A stretch of DNA of 64,000 nt from Octopus vulgaris (GCA_951406725.2 OX597828.1:29140001-29204000), one strand, 5' to 3'. Positions 13,865 to 28,058 are shown, counted from the first letter of the stretch. Notes: generated from the letters alone by a model not told the origin. A program made the numbers and translations.

Positions 13865-16800
13865 CTATTTTAAATATATAAATCTTCAACTGAGGTGGGA
13901 GCCGGTTTCCAACAAAGATACAAGGCTCCATCTTTAGGATGTAATTAACGCAGACAAATTCACATTTGGAAATTGGGAAAAGTCTTGCATATTTTCACTG
14001 TTCCACTTGTAATGTACGATTCAGCCGGTCGATTTATCTTTCTGAAAACATCAGATTATCCAGATTATCCTTTAAACATTTACTAACAAAACCTAGCACT
14101 CCAATTGTTATTGGTATGAAAATGAATTCATAGTCTGGATATAGAAGTTGGCGGTTTCGAAGCAGTTGTCCATAGATATCCTCTTTTTCTTTGATTTTCA
14201 AAGAGATATTTGTAGCTGCAGGACAGCTGACCTCCATGATGGTACATACCCTTGCCCCTCTGTTCCAAGCAACAATATCCGGCCTGTTATGCTTGCATTT
14301 GACAGAAGTTTTGATGGCAATATTTCACCAGTACTCCTTCAGTTGGTGTTTATATATGTATTTCATAACAGAGGGATTTTCTAAGTTTATTTCGGGGCAG
14401 TCTTTTTTTGCGGATGGCATTGTAAATTGTTTTAGCAACAACAACGTTCTGCATAGAGAGGTAGTACTGTGACGACATTTTAGGACAGCTGTTAATCACA
14501 TGCGTAATGTCTTTCACAGAAATATGACATAGCCTACACATGCAGTTGCACCTTGGGATTACAAGAGAGTCACTGTCTCTCTTGTTTACCAGGTACTTTA
14601 TGGCAATCTCTTGTTTCTGGACTGCAAACGCATAGCTTTCAAAGTGTGATGTGATGTAGTGGTCTTGTGTCCAAGAGAAGCTGCGCTTCGTGTCAATTCT
14701 ACTGTCTTCTTCAAGCTTCTGGCCAACATACCCATTTATGGTCTTTCTTTTTTTATATTTTTTTTGTATGCTGAGTGCTTTCTACCCAGGTCTTCTCTGA
14801 GGTAAGAGAGCCCAGCTGTTTTGGGACTGTATAGGAGATCATCAGGAAGAGAGTGTTTCTTGAGGAGTTCACTGCCAACCCGTACAGTGTTATTCAGTTC
14901 ACTTTTTAAGACTGCATTAATATATTTATTTTTGTTGCTGTGGTTTAGAAGGTACTGACTGGGTGATACCATATGGCATTTGAAGGCCGTCTGCACTGAA
15001 TTCAGGCTTCTACCACCTTCATTTTTCTAAGGTAGAGCCTGTCAACATCACTGTTTCTGTGGAAGTTCCCAGTTGTTGTCAGGCCTTTGCGGGTTGTGAT
15101 ATCTATGGAGTGGATTTCCTCTACATACCAATCAAGTATCCCAAATGTTGGGATCAACACTGGTACTGCAAATGCATTGTAGGATATTGTTTTGTTGTAA
15201 GAGGAAAATTCTGACTGCCATATTTTCCTAAGTCTGGTGTAATATTCTCGGGTCACTCTATTTTTATTCACAGTGCCCTCATATGATACATTTTCGTCTA
15301 TAAAATTTTTTGTGTGGAGTGGAGGAGATAGAGAGAGACCGTTGATTTACAGGTTTGGGGTTTGGGGGAGTGACTTTCCTCGTTCTATAACCAAATATGA
15401 ACATTTCTTTTGGCCAAATTCCATGCCTGTTTCTGCTGAAAATGTTGTTATTAATTCCAGTTGTTTTTGGCATGGTTAACACTTTTAGCATAAATCTTCA
15501 GGTCATCTACAAAGAAAGCATGACTTACATTGATATTTCGGGTAGTTAAAGATCCTAGCATGTAACCATTTGTCTTCTGCAGTAGGAACGATAATGGATT
15601 CAGTGCCAAAATGAAAAGAAATACAGAAAGGCTATCTCCCTTGAATATTCCCTTTGTAATGCCTATACTATGAGAAACAATTATTCTGTTCTCAGTTGTA
15701 AGGGTAAGAATAGTTGTCTATGTCTTTGTGAGTCTCTCTATAACAGCAATTAATGGACTGCAAACGCATAGCTTGTTTTTTTGTATGCTGAGTGCTTTCT
15801 ACCCAGGTCTTCTCTGAGGTAAGAGAGCCCAGCTGTTTTGGGGCTGTATAGGAGATCATCAGGAAGAGAGTGTTTCTTGAATGAGGGACAGAGTCGAATG
15901 CCCTCTTATAGTCAAGCCATACTGTCACAAGGTTTCTGCGTTGTTTTCTTACTTCAGACAGTACAGCTTTGTTTATTTAAAATTGTTCGGCACATCTCCA
16001 CACCTCCTTCTTTCCACCAGCCTGTTCATCAGTCACAATGTCATTCGACTCAAAATGGTCCTGGAGGAATTGGCTTTGGCAAACTTGTGTACAGTTTGTA
16101 CATGATGTTTAGGCAAGCAATGGGCCTGTAGTTTCCTGCCATCTCAGTGATTTCATTCTTTGGCAACAAGATTTGTCCTTGTAGTAGCAAGCCAATGTAG
16201 TATATCAATCTATAATCCTTCCATAATCCTTTTGAACATACATATCAATTGGTTTCTTTAAATTGTCATCTTCTTGGACCAATATCCAACTATTAGGTCC
16301 CATCAAGGTGCCTTCCCACTCTAAGGTTTCTGCATCAATTTTGTATGCTTTACTGTTAATGTCGGTACAGTATTCTCCCTCAATTGTATTTAAGCACCAT
16401 GCATTCAGGCTGGAATCCTTCTTTTCGTTCCGACTTTTTGACCAGAATGATTGCAGATCTCCTTGGGAGGGAGCTTTCTTAATGGTAATCTTTTCCTTCC
16501 TCATCTCTCTGTATAATGCTTGTGGGTTGGAAGCAAACTTACGATTAATACCGACTCGCTCAAAAATTCACTTGCGATAGCAGAGTTTCATGCTCATCGT
16601 CCTGAGTTCATGTTTTAAAGTGATTAGCTTTCCCTCAACAGCTCCGTTTGAAGAGTTGCCATAAAGTTTCATTAATTTTTGTCTAAAGTAGAGTTAGTGA
16701 GGTGTAAACTCATTTTTTTCCCTACATTTTATTATTGTAGTTAACCATCCAATATAGCGGCGCACGTTGATGATGTTTTCTTCTTCGAGTTTTGTTTTCC

Positions 16801-17200
16801 ATTCTCGTTGTTTCCGTTTAGTAACTTCGTTACTTTGTTCACCGTAGATTTCTCCTAGGTGTTCTTTAAGAGTAATAATAGCTGTGTATATAAGAGTTTT
16901 GTATTCCATTAATTAGCATCACATGATTCCATGTGCTCTCCAGCAACATCGCTGATAACTTTAAACATTAGATCAGTTGGATTTTTTCTCACTCGTTTTG
17001 GGAACAGTCTGTTGCTCAACGAAAGCTTCGCGAAATTAGCAACATTTTTTGCGAATTTTAAAATGTTTTTGAGTTGGATGAATTCCTCGGTCTTCGCTAC
17101 TGAGTCAGCTAAATTTGGAGACACGCTCGAATTTAGCGATGGCGGGTTCAGTGGTTTGTTTACATTATTTTTTACGATGCATCTGGCAAATTTTGACACA
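13865..17200 (-). mobile_element. Decayed, near-full-length R4/Dong-like non-LTR retrotransposon (RT plus RLE)
   Basis: WLDYKRAFDSVPHS, GIFKGDSLS, FVDDLK, NAFAVPVL, CRLCHISVKDITHVINSC, RPDIV..EVSCP; many frameshifts. Confidence 0.85.
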
Positions 17201-17393
17201 TTTTCAGTGTTTTTGGGAGGATCGAGGATTAGCTGGCCTCCTTTTTTTTTTTATACAAAGGATGCTTGTTGTCGGAGCTGTTTCACCGTGAAGGTATTTA
17301 CGTTGGGATGAAATTCGTCCCAGTATTCTTTTAACCGCTTCATGTATGTATGCATGTATTTGTGTGTGTGCGCGCGCGTGTGCGTGCGTGCGT

Positions 17394-17470
<77 letters not shown>

Positions 17471-17682
17471 TGTCTGTGTTTGTCCTCCCATCACCGCTTG
17501 ACAAGCGGAGTTGGTGTGTTTACATCCTCGTAACCTAGCGGTTCGGCAAAAAGAAACTGATAGAAGAGATACTAGGCTTAAGAAATAAGTCCTGGGGTCG
17601 ATCTGCTCGACAAAAACCATTCAAGGCGGTGCTGCAGCATGACCGCTGTCAAATGACAGAAACAAGTGAAAGAATAAAAGTA

Positions 17683-17745
<63 letters not shown>

Positions 17746-19254
17746 ATGTATATGTAATAAAAACAAAATTCTGTCTGTTCGTCCGTCTGGGATCCCTGTA
17801 TCTCAGCCTATATTTGCTCTACATAGACATATTATTCCTTTTTGAAAATAGGACGATCCCGGGATTGAAAATCTGGCCTTCATTTGGTTCTTGAACATCG
17901 AGCATTAGGATCTGATTTTAAAACATTTGGGTCATTATTTCAGTAGGTAAAGCCTGGCTGTTTCACGCCATCTTGGTGGCGTTTGTCAGATGATGTCAGA
18001 AATTTAGGGGGAGATGAATGACATTCGCTTTGTCGGGATAAGAACTTTGGGACAGATTGGCCAACGGTTGGAATCCAATAGACTGATTGAATTGTAGAAT
18101 TAATTCTCATCCATTCTTAACCCCTGCTCAAACACCACCAAATTATATAGTTACTATAGACGTATTATAGTCATGCTATTTAGCTCTCTTTAGTTCGGGT
18201 CCGCAGACCCAATTAGCCCTGCGCAGGACCCAACTTAAAAGACCGTAGGGAGTGCGGCTTTTAAGCGTGTATATAATATATATTTCTTTACTACCCACAA
18301 GGGGCTAAACACAGAGGGGACAAACAAGGACAGATAAACGGATTAAGTCGATTATATCGACTCCAGTGCGCAACTGGTACTTAATTTATCGACCCCGAAA
18401 GGATGAAAGGCAAAGTCGACCTCGGCGAAATTTGAACCCAGAACGTAACGCCAGACGAAATACGGCTACGCATTTCACCCGGCGTGCTAACGTTTCTGCC
18501 AGCTCGCCGCCTTATAAAGCGTGTATATAATATAGACACGCATTAGGTTTCTCTGTAAAATAATGCAATAAGGTACACCCTTGATGAACCTTTGGGTTTA
18601 AGCATCAAATTGCACTTGGGACATCTAATGCTGAGTTCCAAACAACAGCAACAACATTGAAACGTACGTAGGAACAAACGATATAAACGGTCACTTCGGC
18701 AATGGAACTACATACGTGCTGTTGGCGATTTCTTTTCCTTCTTTGAACTTTTCCTTTCGTCAAAAGCTTTCTCTTTTTACAGAGCATCAAGTTAATACAT
18801 TTTTCGGTGACGTCCTCATAATTTCAGTATTCGTTTATTTCAATTGACTATATTCTTTTATTCTTTTATTCTCTTACTTGTTTCAGTCATTTGACTGCGG
18901 CCATGCTAGAGCACCGCCTTTAGTGGAACAAATCGACCCTAGGACATATTCTTTGTAAGTCTAGTACTGATTCTATTGGTCTCTTTTGCCAAACTGCTAA
19001 GTTACAGGGAACTTAAACGTACTAACATTTGTTGTCAAGTGATGGTAGTGGGGGTGGGGGATATATATTCAAGCTGGTGGCTCAAGCATGGCCGCAGTCT
19101 AATGACTGAAACAGGAAAATCAGGAAAAAGACAAGCTTATAGTCCACAGATAGTCAATCGAACGTCTACCTTTAATTAAATGCATGCGCGCCCGTTTGTA
19201 CAAATGGGAGGGAAATTACTCAATAATTTTTATCAGCTTTATATGTATATATAT

Positions 19255-19286
<32 letters not shown>

Positions 19287-19765
19287 ATAAAAGTTGGTGC
19301 CACTGCATAAATTATAATTTATGCATTGTACTATGAACATAGTACAGACATAAAAATTCGCTCTTATTTTAATTTCGTGTTTGAAGGGAGCTAACTCCTC
19401 CATTTTTAAAACATTTACTTTCACTGGCTGCATGGCTAATTCATATAAGAAAAAGATATAGTTGCTTACGATATCAGACAATGAATTACAGTACATTGGG
19501 ATTACATATGTCATTGATCCTTTCCTCCAGCAAAGGCTGAACTCCGTATGTAGAAAGATAAGCTTAAATTCTATTAGAAGTTTAATCCAACGTTCAATCA
19601 TTTCTACAAGAAATTCAAGGGAGATAACTTTTCCTTTTTCTTGGTGGCCTTGGCGAAGGAATGCGTAACGTAAGAAGTTCGCTAATATATTTCTAATCTA
19701 CCAATTAAATCGTTAATGGGTTATGGCTATGTTGGGACACTGCTGCCAGGGCATCAAGTCCATGT

Positions 19766-20167
19766 GGATCTTTTCGGTTTGAACGGCAGTTTTTTTAAAT
19801 AATTTCCACGTAACTAAACACTTTTAAACTTCGTATACTGGTAGAATGTGTTTATAAAACATCTTTTTCTCTTGGCTTTATTGAGAAAATTCTATAGTTT
19901 GTTTTGTCATCAATTTCTGCAATTTCAACCAATCAATGGCGTCTATTGAGGTGAAAGACATTCTGTGCCGTATGAATATGTCCCTAGTTTAAGAAACAGA
20001 TTGGGTTTATTTACATTTTTGAAGAAAAAAAGATACCCTTCCTCCCACCCCTAACCCTAACCCTAAAACAGATTGAAATGCAATAGATCGATACTAGGGT
20101 CATAAATATGGGTGACAATTTCATATAACACCGCTAGAAAAAATTGCCGTTCAAACAGAAAAGATCC
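19766..20167 (+). mobile_element. MITE with GGATCTTTTCGGTTTGAACGGCAG TIRs and 8-bp TSD (Merlin-like)
   Basis: TSD gtccatgt/gtccatat; three copies in the window. Confidence 0.85.
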
Positions 20168-21822
20168 GTCCATATTTCTTCCAAACAACTTGAAATGCTT
20201 AAAAATTTTTTACCAGGTTATTTTCAAAAAGCATAGTTTTGCATATTGGTGGCGAAAACCGCATTCATCTTTTTTTCCTACTGCATGGTATCTTGGGCAA
20301 GTGTCTTCTAACCCCTGTTCTACCAAAGCCTTGTGAATAGATTTTGATAGACGGAAACTCGAAGAATCCTGTCGTTTATATGCATGTATGAATGAATGCA
20401 TGTGTCTCACTCTACATTGTTTGACAACCGGTGTTGGTGCGGTTACGTCCCTATAAGTTAACGTTTTGGCCAAAAGAAAAGTACTGGAGTCGATTCGTTT
20501 GACCACAATTGTTTGAGGGTAGCAAAAAGTAAAAGATTTAATGATGTCCTTAATAAATAAAATCGTGGTTTCAAAAAAATGCCATAAAATATATATGCTT
20601 TCCATTCCACATTCTCGTACATGTTACTGTGTTGTTTTGTTCCAGGTCGCTCTTTATTTTGTGCAGATCTATAACCACAAAAGGTATTACTGTCATAATC
20701 ATCGTCTTTTTTTTTTTTAACGTATAAAGGACGACAACTGTTGGGTTGTTCTCCTTTATTTAATAATCATTTCCTTTTGTATCTCTTTTGACTTTGTCAT
20801 TTTTTAAAAGAAATTAATGGTAAGAATATACTTCAATTCCCGTTGATTGATCCAACTTAATGTCAATTTCAGAAAAATTATTTAAAGGTATAAATATTAA
20901 AAACAAAAATAAAACCCTAAAAATCAATACTGAAGTGGAAAAACAAAATAAAATAAAATACATGTGAAAATATGTACAAACCATTTATTAAAAGAGATAT
21001 AAGCAAAAAGATTTTTAAAAAAACAAAACATTTTTCTGTTACATCTTTTTTTTTTTTTTGAGCCAAGTCACATTTTGAAACCAATTACCATCTCAAGTTG
21101 AGATATGCCAGTATGTGTGTGATGATAATGATGGTTATCCACTTGTGACTGAGGAAGACCATCAATGACCATTGCCAATGAAAAACGCCAGCAGTGCCCA
21201 TGCATGAAGTTATCGCACCATCAGTTGGCTCCATCCGAGTTTGTATCCACAGCTTCCATGCTGCCCTCCTACTCCCATAGTACCTTCCTACTTGACCAGG
21301 CATCAAATAGTTGTCTTGCTAATGATTGCACAACTTCAAGTTTTAGGTCCAATAAGGCTTGCACAGAACTTCACAGATCTTCTCCACTCTACTGATTCAG
21401 AGACAAGCCAGGTCAGAATATATCCCGCACAACCAAAAGATCCCCCAAATGTTAAATGCCATTCCCTGACATCTTATTTTATATCAGAGTAATCTTTGCT
21501 TAGAGACATGCTTTAACAAAAGCTAAGTGAGGCCTTGCTCCCGCTGGCTTCCAGAACACTGGGCAATAACCCAGAATTTCCGAGGGACCATTCTGTTGCT
21601 AGATAGTTGTTGAACCTACACTAGGTTCATCTGTCCTTTTGACATTTCTTGTCCTTAATCCTGCAGAGTTTCTAGCAACCCTCCTCACCAAGCAGTAGGG
21701 GTACTGATTTAGTTGGTGTCAACCAGATTGTGTAACAGGTTGTACTGGATTCCATGTTACCAGTAGCACTCATGAGAAACCCCACAAGTGACCTGACACA
21801 AGCGTGTGTGTATATATATATA

Positions 21823-21950
21823 TTATTTTATAGAAGGAGCTTCTACAGGACTATAAATGTTTCATTCAGATGAAATCTTCAGGAAGCTTCCTGAAGATTT
21901 CATCTGAATGAAACAGTTCTTGTCCTGTAGAAGCTCCTTCTATAAAATAA
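21823..21950. repeat. 128-bp spacerless palindrome
   Basis: Arms are reverse-complementary about AAG|CTT (21886/21887) with about 3 mismatches. Confidence 0.92.
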
Positions 21951-22012
21951 ATTACTTTATGTATTGAGTACCTTATTTACTGTGGTTAACCCCGACTCAA
22001 ACTGGGACCTAC

Positions 22013-22067
<55 letters not shown>

Positions 22068-22440
22068 CACCCCCTCACACACACAAACATACACACATAC
22101 ACGCGCATATAGAGAGATTTAGGCGAGAGGGGAAGAATATTGCATAAATTTCTGAGGAAAACTTAAAATTGCTAACTTCCATTTTCAGGTTAATTAATAT
22201 TTTTGCCTTTTTTTTTTCTTTTCCTTAATTTTTTGGCAATTTTGCATTGGTCTCTTAATTGTTTGCTTGTAATAATTAACAGAGTGATCATATTCAGTTT
22301 ATAATGATCAAGATTAAATATAAAACAACAAAAAAACAATTTGTCAATAGTTTGTGGAAAGGAGTCCGATAAACAATAAGTTGAACAGAGTTGAATTTTT
22401 TTTTTTCACCGTTCATTTTTTTTTTCATTTCTTTATTATT

Positions 22441-22471
<31 letters not shown>

Positions 22472-22507
22472 TTATATTATCTCTGTTTATTTATGATTAA
22501 TTCGGCA

Positions 22508-22603
22508 TTAATCATATGGGTAAATTCTCCGAATGGAAGGGCGAGGTAAATATTGTGTTCCATCATATTTTTCAAAGTAATGATCAATTTCTGGGTGGAA
22601 GAT
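22508..22603 (-). CDS. YccV-like protein, last coding exon (IFHPEIDHYFEKYDGTQYLPRPSIRRIYPYD*)
   Basis: HP..YFEx(F/Y)DG..Y..YPxD C-terminal motif. Acceptor tttttatcag|; TAA at 22508-22510. The six exons total 654 nt, or 217 aa plus stop. Confidence 0.92.
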   Translation of the reverse strand: MFHPEIDHYFEKYDGTQYLPRPSIRRIYPYD

Positions 22604-22662
22604 CTGATAAAAATACAATAAAAAACATTAAAAAATAAATAAATAAAATACATACATACATC

Positions 22663-22996
22663 TAAGAAGACCCCCCCCTTCGGTCATGAATGACCATGGG
22701 ATTGCACCTAGAAAGTTACCCTCCTAGACACAAGTCCGGGCAAGGTTGTTTATGGAAGACCAGCAGTCGCCCATGCATACCAGCCTCCCCTCTCCACACC
22801 ACCAGTGTTATCCAAGGAAAAGACAAAGGTCGATACAGCTTGGCACCAGTGACGTCGCAACTCATTTCTACAGCTGAGTGAACTGGAGCAACGTGAAATA
22901 AAGTGCTTTGCTCAAGAACACAACACGCAACCCGGTCTGGGATTCGAGCTCACAACCTCACGATCGTAAGCTCGACACTCTAACCACTGAGCCATA
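22663..22996 (-). mobile_element. tRNA-derived SINE (family D)
   Basis: ATGGCTCAGTGGTTAGAG..GCTCGAATCCC head followed by GTGTTCTTGAGCAAAGCACT. Confidence 0.7.
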
Positions 22997-25060
22997 CATA
23001 CATAAATATATATATATATATATATTATCAATAATGATGAATAATAATAAAGGGCAAAATTAATTAATCAATTAATCATAGGCGCAGGAGTGGCTGTGTG
23101 GTAAGTAGCTTGCTTACCAACCACATAGTTCCGGGTTCATTCCCACTGCGTGGCACTTTGGGCAAGTGTCTTCTACTATAGCCTCGGGCCGACCAAAGCC
23201 TTGTGAGTGGATTTGGTAGACGGAAATTGAAAGAAGCCCATCGTATATATATATATGTATATGTATGTGTGTGTATATGTTTGTGTGTCTATGTTTGTCC
23301 CCCCAATATCGCTTGACAACCGATGGTGGTGTGTTTATGTCCCTGTAACTTAGCGGTTCGGCAAAACAGACCGATAGAATAAGTACTAGGCTTACAAAGA
23401 ATAAGTCCTGGGGTTGATTACATTTATTTCGCATTGTTCTGGCCTTAATCACGATCCTTTGTACAATATATATATTACCATCATCATCATCGACATTTAA
23501 CGTCCACTTTCCATGCTGGCATGGGTTGGACGGTTTGACTGAGGACTAGTGAGCCAGAAGGCTGCTCTTGAAATGAATGAATGAATGTATGTATGTATCT
23601 GAGTGAGTGCATGTGTGTGTGGGTGTGTGTATCACCACCATCATTCTGACATCAACTTTTCCATATTCGGATGGATTAGACAGAGTTTATTGAAATAAAT
23701 TCTCTATAGTTGGTTGCCCTTCCTGTTGTCAACCCTTAACTGATTCCAAGACATGTTTTTGTAGAATATTGGAAACGAAAGACACTCCTTTGCAACACTC
23801 CTGGAATGTCAAGTCAAAGACAGACAGACACATGATAGGCTTCTTTCAGTCTCCATCTAGCAAACCCACCCACAAGGCATTGTGTAGCCTGGCACTAATA
23901 GTAGGAGACCCTTTCCCAAAATGCATTGCAATGAAACTGAACCTGTAACCATGTAGTTCAGAAGTCCCGTGGTTACACCTGTGTCTACAACACACACAGA
24001 TATGGAGGCTGGAAGCACAGAGATAAAATTCAAAACCCAGGTTAGCAACAAGACCCTAGACTGACCGAAGCTTTGTGAGTGGATTTGCTAGATGGAAACT
24101 GAAAGAAGCTGATTTGTGTGTGTGTGTGTGTGTATGTGTGTGAGTATCGTCAGTAAATCATAAAGAGATGCACACTCTAACATATAGAGACATAAAGATA
24201 GTTATGGCCGATCTATGGGGTTTACCCTGGCTTTTAAGTCTATAATGCGTTTAGCTTTACAGCGTTTCACCAGACCCTAATGGCCGGTGGCCAATAACTT
24301 CTCTTCAAAGTGGAGGGAGAAAAGACCTCGTAGCTAGTTTGTTGACTGCACGGACAAAGAAAGATTAAGTGCAAAGGATTGTCTCCCTTAGACAGCTATC
24401 TGAAACCAACGCGATCGGCTTGTGGGTTCCAGGACTTCACTACGAATCTCCTGAAATTTAAACAGGGTCCGAAGGCTTTTTCTCCTGGAATTTTTAAGGT
24501 GTTCCCTAGATCGAGGGACTTCTTTAATATTCTCGCCTATTCAGCTATGCACAGCTTGCTCCCGTTGATGTAGCAGCCCAGTTTTTTCTAGGATATTCCA
24601 TGAGATTACGTGTAGAATCCACACGTAATCCCATGATGATGATGATGATGATGATGATGATTGTTCTCATCCCTAAAGATGTAATTTTAAAGATTTAAAA
24701 TTTGTTTCCCGCCATCAAATACACTTTATTCTTTAGCTTTCATACACCAATTGTGCCTGTGGATTATTTCCAAATCAAACTTTGAATATATTGGTTGGGC
24801 AGTTCAATATCTCACCAACGAATTTATCTACTTGTGATTCTCAGTCGCTAACAATCAGCAGTGGCAGATGTCTGAGATTTCTTTACATAGGCGTAGGAGT
24901 GGCTGTGTGGTAAATAGCTTGCTTACCAACCACATGGTTTCGGGTTCAGTCCCACTGCGTGGCACCTTGGGCAAGTGTCTTCTACTATAGCCTCGGACCG
25001 ACCAAAGCCTTGTGAGTGGATTTGGTAGATGGAAACTGAAAGAAGCCTGTCGTATATATG

Positions 25061-25092
<32 letters not shown>

Positions 25093-25366
25093 CGTGTATG
25101 TTTGTGTGTCTGTATTTGTCCCCCTAGCATTGCTTGACAACCAATGCTGGTGTGTTTATGTCCCCGTCACTTAGCGGTTCAGCAAAAGAGACCGATAGAA
25201 TAAGTACTGGGCTTACAAAGAATAAGTCCCGGGGTCGAGGTGCTCCAGCATGACCGCAGTCAAATGACTGAAACAAGTAAAAGAGTAAAGAGAGAGAGAG
25301 AAGTTAGAGTGAACGACAGTCAAAGATACAAAGAAGTAAGAACAACTAAATAATGGTAATAATTAC

Positions 25367-25477
25367 CCGAGTGTGAGTAATAAGTTTTATGTTTTCCTGA
25401 GGGACATAAGTGACTTGTGGTGATAACCGGTCTCTCGTATCAACAAGGATGGAATAGTTTGGCATCGTTTTCCAGTG
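25367..25477 (-). CDS. YccV-like protein, coding exon 5 (HWKTMPNYSILVDTRDRLSPQVTYVPQENIKLITHTR)
   Basis: PNYxxLVD and TYVPQENI motifs. Acceptor cattgcag|, donor CGG|GTAATT; 111 nt. Confidence 0.92.
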
Positions 25478-25665
25478 CTGCAATGATGAAAAAACAAAAA
25501 AAATATTTTACAGCCTTACCAAAATCAAAGCTGTCATTTTCATTTAAACTGTTTAGATACCAACCTACCTGAATCTGTTTTAATCTTTTAATTGCAAAAG
25601 ATGATGCAATTAATGTTAAATAATGTTAAAAGAACGAGGTATAAACAGTAACTGCACGACAATGT

Positions 25666-26064
25666 GAGGTATACTTGCCATCTCAATATGGCTAACCACT
25701 AAGGGTGGGTGTTACTGTAGCTTGTAGCCCCAGGAGAACATCATCTCCAACTGGCTTTAGGCATACTTTCTGTGCCCTTATGGTATTTGCAAAGGGAGGT
25801 CATCCCTCTCTCGTAAACCTAAGTGATACACACGGACTGCAGTTTCTAGGTATTGACCTGTCGTCGGCGTACGACAATCACCGGTTTTCGATGAAGGGAT
25901 GTCCCAATGCAAATACTTATATCGTTTTTCCAGTAACTTAAGAATACCGTAAGATCACAGAAAGTGTGCCTAAAGCCAGCTGGAGACGATGTTCTCCTGG
26001 GGCTACAAGCTACAGTAACACCCACCCTTAGTGGTTAGCCATCCTGAGATGGCAAGTATACCTC
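25666..26064. mobile_element. MITE with ~120-bp TIRs (GAGGTATACTTGCCATCTC...)
   Basis: Long inverted repeats; ACAATGT is duplicated at 25659-25665 and 26065-26071. Confidence 0.85.
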
Positions 26065-27946
26065 ACAATGTGAAATGTTAATACCAAAAATTAGAATTGG
26101 TATTTTCTGCAAGACACATTACCTCAGTAAACTTCAGATATTTCAACATGAAAAAAAAAAAAAAGACAAAGATTCACACTTGACATTCTTCAACAAGAAA
26201 TAGATTAGTATATACAACTGCTTTCCTGCAATTAAGGATAATGAAATTTTGAGTGCAAAAATATCTGATTTCTGCAGTAAAAGAGATGTGTGTGCTGGCA
26301 TATTTGGGATGGTGTTTAGAAATAATTTCAGAGTGGTTTCGTAATTTCTGAGAATAAGCATTACTTCTCAAATGAACCAAAACTCACTGGCAGAGAAAAA
26401 ATAGTAAACAAAACATGAACAAAATTAATGCAGATTTGTTCCAATCCATATCAGTGTGCGAAGTATGCATTAAATGAGGATTAGGATTAGGGAACAGTTT
26501 GCGATCTCAGTTGGATAAAGGAGGTGAGGTGGCAGAATCCCCAACACTGTTGCCTCAATAAACTTGACTCGTCTCAACAGAACATAGTTTCAAGCATGAA
26601 ATTCTTCAACAAAATATATATTTTGGTATATAAAACTGCTTTATGCAGTTTAGGCTAATGAAATTTTGAATGGATATATCTGCCTTTGGATAAAATGATT
26701 ACATTGATTACATAGTGCGGGTGGCACGTAAAAAGCACTCACTACACTCACGGAGTGGTTGGTGTTAGGAAGGGCATCCAGCCGTAGAAACACTGCCAGA
26801 TCTGACTGGGCCTGATGAAGCCCTCCAGCTTCACAGACCCCAATTGAACTCGTCCAACCCATGCTAGCATGGAAAACGGACGCTAAATGATGATGATGAT
26901 GATGATGATGATGATTGACCCTAATGTGCAACTGGTATTTATTTTACTGATCCCAAGGTGGCGAGCTGATAGAAACGCTAGCACACAGAGCGAAATGCTG
27001 AGCGGTATTTCACCCGTCGCTACATTCTGAGTTCAAATTCCGCCGAGGTCGACTTTGCCTTTCATCCTTTCGGGGTCGATAAATTAAGTACCACTTATGC
27101 ACTGGGGTCGATGTAATCGACTTAATCCATTTGTCTATCCTTGTTTGTCCCCTCTGTGTTTAGCCTCTTGTGGGTAGTAAAAGAAATATGTGATTTGTAT
27201 GCCTTCCTACTTACTAGGGACTTTGGTTTTTGCAACATTAACTCTAAGGCCCTTCAATTCTAGACCTTGCTTTCATACCTTTCATTAAATAAGTACCAGT
27301 ACACTGGGGTCGATATAATCGACTTAATCCATTTGTCTGTCCTTGTTTGTCCCCTCTGTGTTTAGCCCCTTGTGGGTAGTAAAAAAAATAGGTATTTATT
27401 TTACTAATCCCAAAAGGATGAAAGGCAAAGTCAACTCCAGTGACATTTGAACTTAGAACATAAAGACGGACAAAATGCCACAAAGCATTTTGTCTGGTAT
27501 GCTAACCATTCTGCCAGCTCACCGTGACACAATATCTTCAATCAGCAACCTAGCGATATTGTATACTGTGTGGTTGATGCCAGTGACCCCTGACTGGCTC
27601 CCATGCCAGTGGCACATAAAAGGCACCATCCTGACATGGTCGATGCCAGTACCCCCTGACTGGCTCCCATGCTGGTCGCACGAAAAAAAACACCATCCAA
27701 ATTTGGTTGATGCCAGTGCCTGCTGACTGACACCGGTGCCAGTGGCAGGTAAAAAGCACCCAATACACTCTCGTAGTGGTTGGCATTAGGAAAGGCATCC
27801 GACTGTAGAAACCTTGCCAGACCAGACTGGAGCTGGTGCAGCCCAATGGCTTGCCAGACCTCAGTCAAACTGTCCAATGCATGCCAGCATGGAAAGCAGA
27901 CATTAAATAAATGATGATGATGATGATGATGAAATACAATACTCAC

Positions 27947-27991
27947 AGATTTTGAAGTAGGATGATTCATTTCCAGCCAAGCTTCAGGTGC
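27947..27991 (-). CDS. YccV-like protein, coding exon 4 (APEAWLEMNHPTSKS)
   Basis: Acceptor ctctctttcag|, donor TCT|GTGAGT; 45 nt, phase 0/0; APxxW follows GWD as expected for the family. Confidence 0.88.
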
Positions 27992-28009
27992 CTGAAAGAG
28001 AGAGAAGAG

Positions 28010-28058
<49 letters not shown>

